A stretch of 64,000 bases of DNA from Eledone cirrhosa (GCA_964016885.1 OZ024740.1:377022001-377086000), one strand, 5' to 3'; shown: positions 10,317 to 24,398, counted from the stretch's first letter. Numbers and translations are program-made. The notes: generated by a model from the sequence alone, not told the origin.

Positions 10317-13300
10317 ATGACCTCACTCAGAATGGGCAGCATAAATGCGCGTGGCTTGGGGTCGTCATGGAAGCAGGGCCACCTGCTCAACGACCTCAGG
10401 TCACTAAACATAGATGCAGTGGCCATCAGCGAGACCAGAATCTCCGAAGCACGGGCCTTCGCACCGATCTTCGGCGGCTACGATGTGTACGCATCTCCCA
10501 GCCATCCTGGATCGGAGGGTAGAGTTGCTGTGCTTTTTCGGAAAGGTTTGGATCTCGCCATACGGGCCATCTTCCTGGACCCAAAAGGTAAGTTGGTGGT
10601 GCTGGACGTGACCAGCGGAGACAGGCAAGCTTTCAGGCTAGTGGCCGTCTATGCTCCGACAGGGGCAGGGCGGCCTGATTTCTTCCGGCGTCTGGAGACC
10701 TTTCTTGGAATGTCACGCTCTTTAGTGTTAGTGCGCGACTGAAACGGGATCTTAGATGCATGCTGGGACTGTGTGGGATTAGCGGATAGGGGAGGAGGGT
10801 GCAAGAGCCTCACCAACCTGCTCAGGCGTTTTGAACTGTCTGACAGGTACCGATTGGATTTCCCGAATGTGCCAATGTGGACTTGGACAAATCGCATAGG
10901 GTCATCCAGATCATATCTAGATAGAGTATTTTGTAGGGAAATAGATAGGTCTAGCATAGGCTGTCCAGAATTCAAGATAGTCAGCTACACGGACCACAAA
11001 TTCGTGATCTGAGGGCCCGGCTGCTGGAAGCTAAACGCGCTTTACCAGCGCGCAAGGCCTACAGAGACCGGATAAGGGGGCCGTGGTAAACAAAAATGGT
11101 GATTTGCTCTGAAAAGAGCGATTAGAATAGAGTCCATTAGGTTTATAAAGGCTTTAGCAATAGAGAAAAATAGAGCAGAGGGAGGACTAGTTCGAAAATT
11201 AGACAAGACGCTTAGCAAAGGCATCGCGACCGACGTACATGCGGCGAAATTGGCCCTTGACCATTTTCTTCAATGCAAAGCTCGAAGGCTGCGTTGTCAG
11301 TGCTAGGGTGCGTGATCTTAGACACGAGGGGACGAAAGCCGTTCAATGGGCCCGAGTGGCGGAGGCGCGTTGTGGCAACAAAGTTACGATCCAGTCTTTG
11401 GTGGACCACGACGGGCGCATGCTACTCGATCCCGGGAAAATGTGTGAAGCTTTTCAGCGACACTTCGCTCAGCTGTTCGGGGGCAGCGGCGGGCCGGATT
11501 GAGGGATGGACTTTAGTGTCTACCTCAACGGACTGCCGTGGCTCTCGACCACTGACGCGGAGTGTTGCGAAAAGCCGATAACAGCCGCTGAAGTACGGGA
11601 GGCAATGACTGGCTGCACAAGGCGTAAATCGCCTGGTTTGGATGGTCTGCCCTATGAACTTTACGTACAGATTCCAGACTTGTTCGGAGGCCTCTTGGCG
11701 GACGTCTGCTGCAACTGGCAACAGAACTGGAGAATTTCCAGCTCTGTGAGCCGAGGAGCTGTGGCGCTGCTGAGAAAGGATCCGAACAAGGGGGATAACA
11801 TAGATAATTTCAGGCCCATAACTCTGCTAAACATAGAGTTTAAGATTTTGGCCAAGGTGCTAGAGAAGAGGTTGGCGCTCGTCGGTGGTGGTCTGGTGGG
11901 AGAGGCGCAGACGTGCGCCATTCCCGACAGATCCATCCACGACAACCTCCACCTCATGCGATACATCGTAGAGAGGGTAGCTAGGGAACCTGGCACGGGT
12001 GGGTCCTTGATCAATTTAGATCAGTCGAAAGCTTTCGATAGGGTCGACCATCGTTACCTAGCGGCAGTCCTGAGGGCGGCTGGCTTTGGGCCCGTCTTCA
12101 GAGGCTGGATCGCTGCCATTCACAGCGACATCTGCTCTGTAGTGAGAGTGAACGGTCACCTTTCGGAACAGTTCAACATCATGCGCTCGGTCCGCCAAGG
12201 ATGTCCCCTCTCGTCCCTCTTGTAGGTATTGACTCTCGAGCCATTACTGCACAAACTGGAGACGTTGAGGGGGGTCCCGCGTGAACTAGGATGCGGAAGA
12301 TCCGTGACAGCATATGCGGACGATGTCACCGTAGTGGTGTCGAGCGCCAAACACATCGAGGCGATGGGCACTACACTAAGCGAATACGAAGCGGTGACAG
12401 TAGCAATGATCAACCATGAAAAGTCAGTGGGCCTGCAGCTCGGCACCTGGAGAGCAGGTCCATGCCGCCCAACAGCGTCGTCGGGCGCTGGGCGGATGGA
12501 CCGGTTAAATTGCTAAGGGTCTGGTTCGGTCCGGACCTCCAGACGGACAAAAACTGGGACGAGGTGACGAGCAGTGTGGCTTCTCTCACCCAGAAATGGG
12601 CCGAGAGGAAGCTATCCCTGAAAGGTCGAGCGGGAGTGGCTAACGCGTACATCGCGTCCGTCATCTACTACCGCCTGACCGTCGTACGTTGTCCTAAGCC
12701 CCCCCCCCCCCCCCTGACTGCGCTGGAGCGTTTGCTCTTTCGCTTTTTGTGGAAGGGACGCGCTCCGATGGTCAGGCGGTCCATCTGCTGTCAACACCCG
12801 CTACGTGGAGGGCTAGCATGCCGTGGCTGATGATGCGCTGACACGCGCTCAGGCTACGACATCTCCACCTCTTCCTCGACGGTGATCAGGTGTGGTCGCC
12901 GTTTGCTAGACGCGTCTTTCCCCAGCTCGTCTCCTTGTCGGAGCTGCAGTCCTGGGTCAAGCGAAGACCGTGAGGGAGCGCTTGGAGACTGGAATATCTT
13001 CAGGCGCTCACAGCCCTCGACCAATCGGGCAATATGATCGGTGGAAACTCCACCTTGGCGTTCTATAGAGGATTAGTGGAGGGGAAGAGCGACGACGTAC
13101 TTACTCTAGGCGTCGACGAAAATCAACTAGCCAATCTCTTCGGAAGAACTTTCGGGCCGGGGCCTATGGACAACTTCTAGAAATCCCTGGCCTGGCAGTG
13201 CTACCGAGGAGCTTTGCCAGTTCGGGATAAACTCTACAGGCATGGAGGTGCCGTCAGCCGAGCATGTCCGAGATGCGCGCAGGTTGACGAAACCGTCCTG

Positions 13301-13681
13301 CACGCACTTGTCCAGTGTCCGAGCATTGCTGACTTGTGGGTTTATGTCGAACACTTGCTGTCACGTGTAGGACGGATCCAGCTATGAGCTGAGTCCATCG
13401 TGAGGATTGCCCCGCCCTCTTCCTTTAGCCGGGAAGGGCAGGCAGTTTTTATCTGTCTGGTGGCCATGGCGAAAGAGATAGTATGGTGGACACGTTTGAA
13501 AGGGCTGAAGACGAGCACTTACTTCTTCGGTGATGCCCTGATTAACTTTTTCAAATTTCATTTGAAAAGGAAAATCAGGGTAGAGAGGGATGTGCTCTCT
13601 TCCCAGCATTTTGTTGAAAGATGGGTGAGAGAAGCAAGTATGGCCGTAGTGAATGGGCCTACTCTGTGTATCTGTCTGTAA
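10317..13681 (+). pseudogene. Tx1 copy A ORF2 (APE endonuclease + RT + C-terminal Cys motif), disrupted
   Basis: SINARGL, SETR, VYAP, YTDH, KSPGLDG, FRPITLLN, LDQSKAFDRV, RQGCPLS, AYADD; several stops and frameshifts. Confidence 0.9.
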
Positions 13682-13987
13682 ATTAAAGGTGAAAAACTGG
13701 GAGAGGGCACTTGCCCTGGTGGTAAGGGTCACTGTGGCCTTTTAATGGGCTTTCTCCACAAATGTCCTTCGGAAGTCTTCCCCTATTGGGGAATTTTTCA
13801 TTGTTATTTTTTGTTACATCCTCTGTTTTTGTTTTTTTTACATGCAGTCCTGTCCTATATCGTACCGTCCTGTATTTTCCTGTACTGTCCTTAATGTCTA
13901 CTTTATGTAAACCCTTGTGGTTAATAAAGAAAGAAAGCATTATCATTATTATTGTTACTATTATTATTACTTTTTTTTTCCCCCCCA

Positions 13988-14582
13988 ATTCAATGATGTT
14001 CCAGAACAATATAAAAGAGATAATTGGCAATTTAGGTTCTGGAACAAAAAAGATAATTGGCAATAAGGGCAGGGGCCCCAGGTTATCACAGCCTTGGCCC
14101 GCTCATCATCGGGCCATTGTAATAGAGTCAAACAAGGCATTTAGTCTTGGCTGCTAGAACGTACGGACGCTGCTTTACAGGGATTCCTTGGAACGTCCTG
14201 AACGAAGGACCGCTCTTGTTGCAAAGGAGCTTCGATGTTACGATCTTGACATCGTGGCTTTATCTGAGACGAGGTTAGCTGGAGATGGTAATCTTACAGA
14301 ATTTTGTGGGGAATATACATTCTTCTGGAAAGGAAGAGATGAAGGAACAAGAAGAGAGGCTGGGGTAGGATTTGCTGTTAAGACTGTTCTTGTGAATAAA
14401 TTAAAAGAATTCCCAGTAGGGATTAGTGAGCCTCTTATGTCCATGAGAATTCCGCTGAACAAAGGAAGATATGCGACCCTGGTGAGTGTGTATGCTCCAA
14501 CTATGAATTCTGTCGATGAAGAAAAAGTGTCCTTTTACCATGCCTTGAAAGGTGTTTTAAGAAATATCCCTCAGGCAGACAT
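13988..14582 (+). mobile_element. RTE-clade LINE 5' portion (APE N-half); inverted partner of 5470-8426
   Basis: LGC*NVRTL, RPERRTALVAKEL..YDLDIVALSETRL, YTFFWKG, GVGFAV, SVYAPT, ending LRNIPQAD. Confidence 0.88.
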
Positions 14583-14918
14583 ACATACATACATACATAC
14601 ATACATACATACATACATACATACATACATACATACATACATACATACATACATACATACATACATAACTGCACGTACAGATACAAAACATACACATCTA
14701 CACATACAATAACATCCATACTTACACATGCATGCATGCAGATATGCATACATATCTACCAAGTTGATGTTGTGTAAATTCCAATGAGAGAGTCTTGTAA
14801 CTATGTTAGAAACCGACTCTCTCTCTATTGGCAAACATTTGTGAAATTATAAAACCAGAAGAACATACATACATACATACATACATACATACATACATAC
14901 ATACATACATACATACAT

Positions 14919-14999
<81 letters not shown>

Positions 15000-15015
15000 C
15001 ACATACATACATACA
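14579..15015. repeat. (CATA)n and (CA)n microsatellites
   Basis: Direct reading of 14579-14666 and 14863-15015. Confidence 0.9.
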
Positions 15016-15029
15016 TGCAGCATCAATAA

Positions 15030-16590
15030 TGATACCCTAGAGCCTGTGGTAGGAAAATTTCAAGATAAGAAAGCACCAGAAGGGATTTGATTGTCAGCTA
15101 CTGGTATGAACAACTGACTTTCTATCGGCTGTATCATATCAGCAGGCTCTGAAAGGAGATGCGTGCGTGTATACATAAAGTTGGTTGACATTAGCAGAAA
15201 TAATATTGGTCCCTAAAAACAAAGATACCCATTTGCAAAAATCTACCGATCAATTGCATGCCACTACATATTGAATAAAATGTATACAGGCGGCCTGAAT
15301 CTATTCCTCCAGGTCACTCCAACAATAAAGAAAATCATCATAAATGAAGAAGAAGCTGGAAAGACAAATATTATTTTTTGTGTGGTGGGGTTGAGAAGCC
15401 TCTAATTAACAACACCGCGATGTCAGATGTGCGGTGACATAGGAAGAACTTAGCTACAGTCTGGTCGAACTACAAGAAAGCATTCGATTCTCTTTCCCAC
15501 ACTTGGATGTTAGGGGCCCTTCGACTTGCTAAAGTCCCAGATACCATTATCAGAGACATAGGGAAGCTATCTTCTTGGGTCACTATGCTGCAGAGAAGGA
15601 GGATTATAGTGTCACAAATAAAATTAATATAGCAGGGGTATATTATACTCTCAGTAAACCCTTTGTAATTGGCTCAATAGAGGGCAGAAACACAAACCTA
15701 ACACATAGTTTCTTTGTGGATGACTTGAAACTATATTCTAAGAATATAAATGGTATGAATAAAACCCTGGACCTGCTTACGACGTTCTCGGAAGATATAT
15801 GAATGGGATTTGACCAGGATAAATGTTCCTATATGATTGTAAAGCGAGGAAAAACTACAAGTCAATTTAGCAACATCTCTATCAATGGCCTGACTGTTTC
15901 ACCTGTATCGAAAGAAGGCTGCTACAGACACTTAGGGATAGATGGAAATATATCTTATGGTGGTGTTTGTAACAAGGAGCGACTAATCAAGGAATATAGC
16001 ATCCGAATAAGAAATATATGTTCTTCTGAACTCTCTGCGCACAATATATCAATTACCTACAATGTGTTTGTTGTACCTGTGCTGACGCCAACATTTGGAC
16101 TACTTGACTGGGCACTAGATGAAATCCGAGTCATTAATGTTAAAATCCGAAAAGTTCTAACCGGTACTGGAAATGTCCACATCAACAATGATATTGACCG
16201 CTTCTACGTGAACATAAACAATGAGGCAGAGGCTTAACATCAGTCCAAACAGCATTTGCGTGTCACATCATATCCCTCTGATAACATCTACGAACCACCA
16301 ATCGTAAAAGCCCCTTTATAGAATAAGTCTAACTACATGAGGCAGATGACTTCATGAGAGCTGGGAAGAAGTTCCTTGAGAAATACTCCTTGCATGATAA
16401 CCAAAATCTCACATACAGTGAAATTGCACAATGATACTGCAATGAATCCATGGATGAAAAGCTGCATGATTATCAGCAAAACGTTATGCATGACTATGTT
16501 ACCAGAAAGCTTCAAAGTGAGAGTAATATATATAATCAAAGCAGTCTATCTTCGACCAACAATCGGGATTAGTAGTTTCATTTAACAGTT
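15030..16590 (+). mobile_element. Old R4/Dong-like LINE RT fragment
   Basis: YKKAFDSLSHTW, HSFFVDDLKLY, FDQDKC, YRHLGI, NVFVVPVLTPTFG and DIDRFY match the Dong ORFs at 39-47 kb; heavily decayed. Confidence 0.7.
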
Positions 16591-17089
16591 CTTTAACTTT
16601 ATGACGTCAATGGGGGAATAGATGAGAGTAGTACCTGTCCTTTACCACAATAGAAATTGACCGGAGAATTTGTTTGGTAGCTCCTAAAGAATATAACCAC
16701 CTGCATGCACCTGCATGCACCACATTTCTCAACTATCTTTCCCACATAATTGATTTCAATTTCATCTTTTTTTAAATTCATCAGTTGTATAACGTTGCGA
16801 AAAGTGCCTAGACAAAATTGTTTAGTATGTGTGAAGCTGTTATATTACTTTGCAATCATAGTTTCCATATTTCTAAAATCAAACCAGCCTCAATCAACAT
16901 GGAACTACACAACGCAAAATGTAGAGCAAATTGTTATGCTCTGTTGACATAATGCGAGCTAGCAAAGGTGTTATGACATAGGCTGGAACACCTGTTTAAA
17001 ACAAACCCATAAACAAAACTGAAATAAAAAACGACTCCTACATTTAGAAAAAAAAAAGTCTAAATCGAATTAGATTGGATTGCACAGGT

Positions 17090-17679
17090 ATATGACCTAG
17101 TCACAGAATAATCCCATTCCAGTTCTATGATTTTTGTTAGCTATAACCTATGTAAAAATAAATTATTTAATACGTCGTTTTTATTTGTTGTTGCTTTTTA
17201 ATCCGGCTATTTCTAGCAGGTCACACCACATATAAGAGGCTCTCCTGTACGATGGATGACAGAATACGCATAGTTTAACAACATTCCGGGCGGTAAGTAA
17301 TTACGTCTCAATACGTTCTTAGTTCAAATCATATGTTCCACTTCACTTTCATCTTTCTGAAGTCTATGTAATAAGCAACAGTCATATGACCTAGTCACAG
17401 AATAATCCCATTCCAGTTCTATGATTTTTGTTAGCTATAACCTATGTAAAAATAAATTATTTAATACGTCGTTTTTATTTGTTGTTGCTTTTTAATCCGG
17501 CTATTTCTAGCAGGTCACACCACATATAAGAGGCTCTCCTGTACGATGGATGACAGAATACGCATAGTTTAACAACATTCCGGGCGGTAAGTAATTACGT
17601 CTCAATACGTTCTTAGTTCAAATCATATGTTCCACTTCACTTTCATCTTTCTGAAGTCTATGTAATAAGCAACAGTCAT
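17090..17679. repeat. Perfect 294-bp tandem duplication
   Basis: 17090-17383 is repeated at 17384-17677 with no difference seen by eye. Confidence 0.9.
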
Positions 17680-19294
17680 GTATTGGTGTCGATTCAATCG
17701 ACTGTACATTTTCTTTCATGAATTGTGTTCTTTTGCGTGAGTTGGAAATCGTTCTTATCTCTGTTTTCTTTATGAACTAGTGAACTCATATATTTACTTG
17801 TGTATAAGACGCACTTTTCCGCCCAAATCATCAATATCTCTTTACTCCCTATATACTGAAGGATTGATAATAAAGGTTTCTAATTTAAGCACAATGAAGC
17901 AATTTTTGTGGGAGGATCTAGTCAATTCTATCGTCTCCCGTACTTCAACTACTAATCATTTTACCGACTCAGAAGGGTGAAAGGCAGAGTAGACCATGAG
18001 TGGATTGGAACTCAAAATGTAACGATAATGGCTAAATATTGCAAGACATTTTCATTGAATCGTTAACGCTTGTATGAATATAGCTGTTTCTATAAACGGA
18101 TATGCGAAATTTAGTTTCTTACCTAATTGATACTGTTATTGATATTTTTTTCTTCTAAAATATACAATTATGACATTACTATAGTTTGTAAAATGAACAA
18201 ATGAAATATAGGTAATAGACCTGGACGAAAGCATGTGTATAAATACTATGACTTCTGTTGAACACATTGGAAAATAATTTGTTCGGCTCTTTTGTCTCTC
18301 AAACAATACATATTTTTATTTTAAAATCTTTTTATATAAAAATCTTCTAAATACTGCTATAATTATTTTCACAAAACATTTTCTCCAAAATAAAGCTACG
18401 TGTTATACAACGGCGCAACGTATAACAGGAAAGAAATAGTAATCTTATTTATCAGAATTAATTCTGATGATGGTAATGGAATTCATATTGAGCGACGCAT
18501 AAAGAAATAATTTTTTACCGTGCTTAATGTAAAAAGTCTAAGGGAAATAACTTCCAGTTATCTTCTCTGATAGTAAGATGCTTTCCCTTACATCATAAAA
18601 CTCTGTATGTTATACTAATCTATTTATGTCTATATGTATACACATATATATATATATATATACTTAGAGAGAATGGGGGGGGGGAGAAGGAGAGAGAGAG
18701 AGAGAAGTTCAATATTACGGCCGTCACTCACAAGTAATTTATTTGGTAGCATGCACCATGCTTTCGCTGGGGCTTTTCGGAGCCGATGTAGTCGAGAGCA
18801 GACGTAGACATCATCTCGTCTCTCTCTCTCTCTGAATCCACCGGAACATCAATAATGTAGCCACTGGAGGAGAGAGGGCTGCACCAGCACTGGGTCGGAA
18901 TTTGTATCGCCCCCGAAAGGATAAGCTGTTGGATTTGAACTCAAGACGCAGAAAGTGAGAACAGACCAACCGCCTACGATATTAAATATATATATATGTG
19001 TATATATCCCAAATAAATGGCACAAAACGCTCAACTGATATGACATCCTATGCACGAATGTATCCGTTAGGTTTACTAAATCAACTTCAATACAGACTGA
19101 TACTTACTAAGGCAACTAAATGCCACAAGGCGCCGCTCAACCAATCTTTATTTTTATTTATAGTTGTTCTTTTTGTTGAGTGCGGGTTAAGTATTTTCTG
19201 TCGTGTTACGTTTACCATTTCAAAAATATTTCGGAATTCATTCCGATTTTCTAAGATTGAATAATTGAAAATATGAAGCTTATATTTTATATAT

Positions 19295-19512
19295 TTGTGG
19301 AAAAGGCTCCACGGCAGGCCCGGCACCAGATGGCTGGATCTCATCAAGGAAGATCTTTAGAGGCTCGACGTCACCTTGGAGGATGCAGAGGGGCTGCCAT
19401 GGGACTGCCAGCGATGGAAGATACTGGTGGACCTGGTCCGCTCTACGCATGATGATGCCTCTGAATTATTGACCTAAGATAACCTCAGTCTCATCGAGCA
19501 AGAGCAAGAAGA
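19295..19512 (+). mobile_element. RTE-like LINE 3' end fragment
   Basis: GKRLHGRPGTRWLDLIKEDL..RW..LV C-terminal motif, short repeated tail gagcaagagcaaga. Confidence 0.6.
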
Positions 19513-20936
19513 TGTTGATTATAATGCCTTGTGGTGTTTGTCCCAGCACCCCGCAATTTGAATTCAAGTGATGCCAAAGTCAACTTTACCTCTCATGCTT
19601 TCGAGGACGGTGTAATAAAATACCAGTCGAGTACTGGAGTTGATTTTCTTCTTCTTCCTACTACTACTACTATTTTCTGGATCGGCCACGTTTCGTACAG
19701 TATGACCAGAATTTCAATAAATATCATTTGGATTATAACATTTGGGCTGTCTATTTACCTATGACCCTATTTTTTTTTTTTTTTTTCGTTTAGTTGAACT
19801 GTGCCGAGAATATATATAATTTGTGAATGAATATGAATGTGTTAGATAAATACTAGTCAGGGTTGCAGATAATTAATTCGAAACCGTGAAAATGGACTCC
19901 ACCTTCTAGTTAAATATATTTATATTATTTACATGTAGTATGTTATATCGAAGAATATAAATTTCTGACAATTGATCAATACTATAAATTTTATAGGAGT
20001 AGTTTAAACACAGCTTTTCACCATTGTTTTATCTTTCCCTGGGGGAATGAGAGGCAAAGTTCAACAACCAGTATTATACACCTATTGTCTGAGAATTCAG
20101 AAGGTAAAGGGAGAAGACTGATGATTTCTTTCTAAACAGTTACAAAGGTTACATATTATACGGAATCGAGTTTGTGAAGCTAAAATATTAATAATTTCAA
20201 AGATAATACACGCGTAAACTAGTTGGAATTCTTTCAAGCATTATTTGAATCTGCATTCAGGTAACTGTTTGTTCCATGATCGTTTGTCATAGAGGCAAGA
20301 TATTTGTAAGATGTCCGGTCTTAAATCAGTTCTGTCAACTTACCAATTTTGAGTAAGAATATTGCTTCACTGATAAAGATGCATTTTTACAATATAGTTG
20401 ATGAAATTAAAAAAATATATAGACTGTTGACTAATGTTTCATTGTATTTATGGACAGTTTATATAACCGAGTATGGAATCGAAAATCTAATGAGAAATAC
20501 AAAATAATTTAAAATATTTCATCATTTTAGTAAATACGGGAGAATTCTTCCAAACGGTTTCGGTTTTATTAGAACTCCTCAGCGAATCTTACAGACCAAA
20601 CTTGCCGAAGTATTAATGAGAGAATCCCAAAGTATATGGATGGGTGAGGAAACTTAGAATATGTTTATAAAATACATCAGTAACACATCATCTTTGCGAA
20701 AAGCAATAATTTAATGTGTATTTGAATTTGGTATTTGTAAACAAATACGGTATGTTTATAAATATACATTTAGAAAGACATAGCTATGAATAACACACTA
20801 GCAGCTAACACCACCAGGTGAAATTCTAATAATTTAATGTTAGCATGTTTTCTGAAGTGGAAATAAAACAAATCTAGTTAGAAAAAAACTAAGTAGCTGG
20901 GAACAGGCGCATTAGCACAATGACTAATATTATTTA

Positions 20937-21126
20937 CGGTGGATTGGCAGTATCGGTCGAGGCTCGGACACCATGCTTTGACGCATAGAGTTACGGCCCT
21001 TCCAATTCTAGTTCAAATCCCTCCGAGGTTAACTTTGCCTTTCATCCTTATGGGGGTCGATAAAATAAAGTACCAGTAATGTACTGGATAATTGCTGGCC
21101 TTGTGCCAAAAGTAGAAACAATTATT
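20937..21126 (+). mobile_element. SINE family S1, full length
   Basis: cggtggattggcagtatcgg (A box), agttcaaatcc (B box), ctttgcctttcatccttatgggggtcgataaaataaagtaccagt core, ggccttgtgccaaaagtagaaacaattatt tail. Confidence 0.9.
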
Positions 21127-23636
21127 TAAATCATTTCGGTGATTGTGGGAGTCATCGCGTGATATGAATAAAAGGAATATATGTTTAAAGTTATTTGCAA
21201 TGGCGTAGATTAGTATCCAAGGGGATATTTGATTTCTCGCCATCTCAATACTTTGGAAAATTATCTAAATCCATAACGCAAAATGATCATTTCTGCCATA
21301 TATATCTTCTCTTTTTTTGTTGTGGAATCTACGAAGAAATATTAATCTGTAAAATGCCTAAACGTTTCCACATGTCAACAGAATCTGTTTAAACTGTAGG
21401 CTAACTATTTTTTTTTTACTTATATTGTGATGTATCAGGAAATGATAGTAGAGTGGAATATAAATCCTACTCTTTTTCAATAGCTACTCTTATTTCAAAA
21501 GTTAAATTTAAAAAACCAACACCAGGCTGCTCCATAGTAGCATCTCTCATAACAATGAGTGTTAATTACTACACGAAGCAAATATGTTAACGTTCAATTA
21601 AACTCAATATATTTTGCGTATACAAGCAATAAGTGTGGATTATTATGATACAATAGAACATACAAGTCGAGTCTTATAAATGACAATCTGTTTTCGATGA
21701 AATAAATAGATTTTGTAGAGCAAAATAATGTTAAGCGCTATATTAATCTGTCTTTCTTTATCAGAACAAGTATGTTTAAAATGGTATGTTATTGAAACGA
21801 ACAGAGTTGGTTGATTGATAATTATAGTTAAGAAGCTAGAAATTTTCAAACTGTGCCTTATGAGCAGCGAATTCTGTCAAAAACATTCCCTTAGCAATGA
21901 TACTGATGAGATATTGATATGATTATCTGTTAACTATTGTTACCGAAGGCTAAATATCTAAGCACTAGCACTAGCCCGATAGTTTAAGCCAGATTTAACC
22001 ACCAAATTTATTGGTTTTAACGAGGAAAGAGCAATTCAGTATTTGCCATGCTAATTGGCAAATTCATGTCTAGCGACGATAACATCAGTTCGATTTCTAC
22101 CCTTCAGTACTAAAATCAGCTTTTTTTCTAGCCATCGGCACGCTCTCATAATGGTGACTTGTTTGGTAATATTTAGTCCATTTAATTTTCGACTCAGATT
22201 TTCATTTCAATTTAGTCGATCAAACAATATGAAGTAGTATTCCATAATCCACAATTTGTTCTATCACATTATCCTTTCAATAATACTTTATGAAATAACT
22301 CCTTCATATGGACGTCGGTGAATTCAAGTCTCAGGTTTCAATTTTAACTTCCTTCCTTCTGTGACTGATATATGCAAGTGTGTAACATACAAGATACGAT
22401 TCCAAACACAAAATACAGCCAGTACCGAAATTATATTTTGTTTATACAAAAGAATATTAAATTGGGAAAATATTTACATGCATAAGTTTAATGAACATAT
22501 ATTTATCTTCCGTACGTAAATAGATCTTGTGTTTAAACAGCAGCGCTCCCGCTTCAGGACAAATCCGAGGACAGGTCGAATAATTTTAACTGAATTTTAC
22601 CGTCTTAACAAAGGTCTCTACATAAAGATATCCAACAAAGCACAGCTGCTTTCGCTTAGGGGTCCAGCGGGATAGTAAGTGCCGATGATAAAGATGACGT
22701 ATCTCTAAGAATCACTCTTCAACTTTTAATTTAAGTGACTTTACATTATTTACGTTATTAAATCGCTTATGGGAATATTTTTTCTTAAAATTCAGTAGCC
22801 TTTCTACAAATGTATGAGAAGCAATATATAACACTAGCCTGTTCTAGGGTTGAAACCTTTTAACTTCGTCAGCAGAATACTTAGGATATAATTAAAATGT
22901 ATATCTTCTATTTCCCAGTATGAACTATTCACTAAACTCGAATTGATTACGTACTTGCAAGAATTAGGAAAATTAATTGTGCGATTGTAAATCGTAAACG
23001 TGCTAGAAGCATTATAAAGCCATCGACATAAATATAAATGTATATATTTCAAGCATGCTGTCTTCTAAATTTGTCCTTTGACATTTGGTTTTTATAAATA
23101 CTGACACTTCTAAATAAAATGTTAACTTGCGGTCACATATTCTCAATCGCAGATGTTAAATAGAAGAATTGCGAAATGAATGAAAAAGATATTTGATTAG
23201 GCTTATCTAATTCTGTCGTTGGATTAATAATTTAACCTATTGTGTCTTTCGTTTATTGTTTGACTTATTATGGACAATACAGCTAACTGAAGGATGTTTC
23301 TACTTTGCAATATTCCAAAACACGTCGCGTGTGTCGCCAAGTAACATGTAGATTCCATATATAAATACATACATGCATAGCAAGAGCTCAACCGTCGGGC
23401 CCCGATTGTTTCTAATATAGATACACTCTACTATCCCAAGTATCAACTAATCTGTTGAATAATGGTCTAACTAGTTCTGTTACTTTTGCCGAGATTAAGT
23501 AAGTGACATAGTCACTACTTTAAAACTCATAGCGAATGGTGTTCTAAATGTTTTAAATTAAACTTACAGTATATTGCCAAATATACTATACATACATTCA
23601 TGTATACATTGTTATTTCAGAGCACCAATACCAATA

Positions 23637-23972
<336 letters not shown>

Positions 23973-24123
23973 TTATATGAATCAAAGTTCTGTTCAAATC
24001 ATTTATATGCTTACAATTGTTTCTTCCAAACCGAGGTTTGAAGTCTTCGGAGCAATTTATTAATGATTGATTACATACATGACCTCCTTTTCAACCCATA
24101 TATATATATTTTTTTTTTTTTAT

Positions 24124-24165
<42 letters not shown>

Positions 24166-24398
24166 CGAAGGAAATGTGGTAAGGAACCAGGTGGACCATA
24201 ACGCACCAAAGTACTCAATACTTGAGGTAGTAGAGTGGGTAATAGGAACCAGTAAGACCCCGACAGCTGAGCTCAAGCCGTTTCGACGGCTAATATATAT
24301 ATATTTCGCTTCTGAATTTGTTTACATACATGACCTCCTTTTCAACCCATATATATTTTTTTTTTTTTTTTTATACATATATATATATATATATATAT

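Larger units (their letters stand above)
8895..13970 (+). mobile_element. L1/Tx1-clade LINE, copy A (near full length, defective), ending in an (ATT)n-like tail
   Basis: ORF1 remnants 9227-10277 and ORF2 remnants 10317-13681, closely similar to copy B (32760-38562). 3' end cccttgtggttaataaagaaagaaagcattatcattattatt. Confidence 0.93.

Noticed and set aside
16635-16683. Minus-strand 49-nt AG..GT mini-exon
   Set aside because: Weak donor, no recognisable peptide; expected by chance.
23287-23326. Hammerhead-like ctgaagga..aaaacacgtc
   Set aside because: Both core segments deviate from CUGANGA/GAAA; at best a dead remnant.
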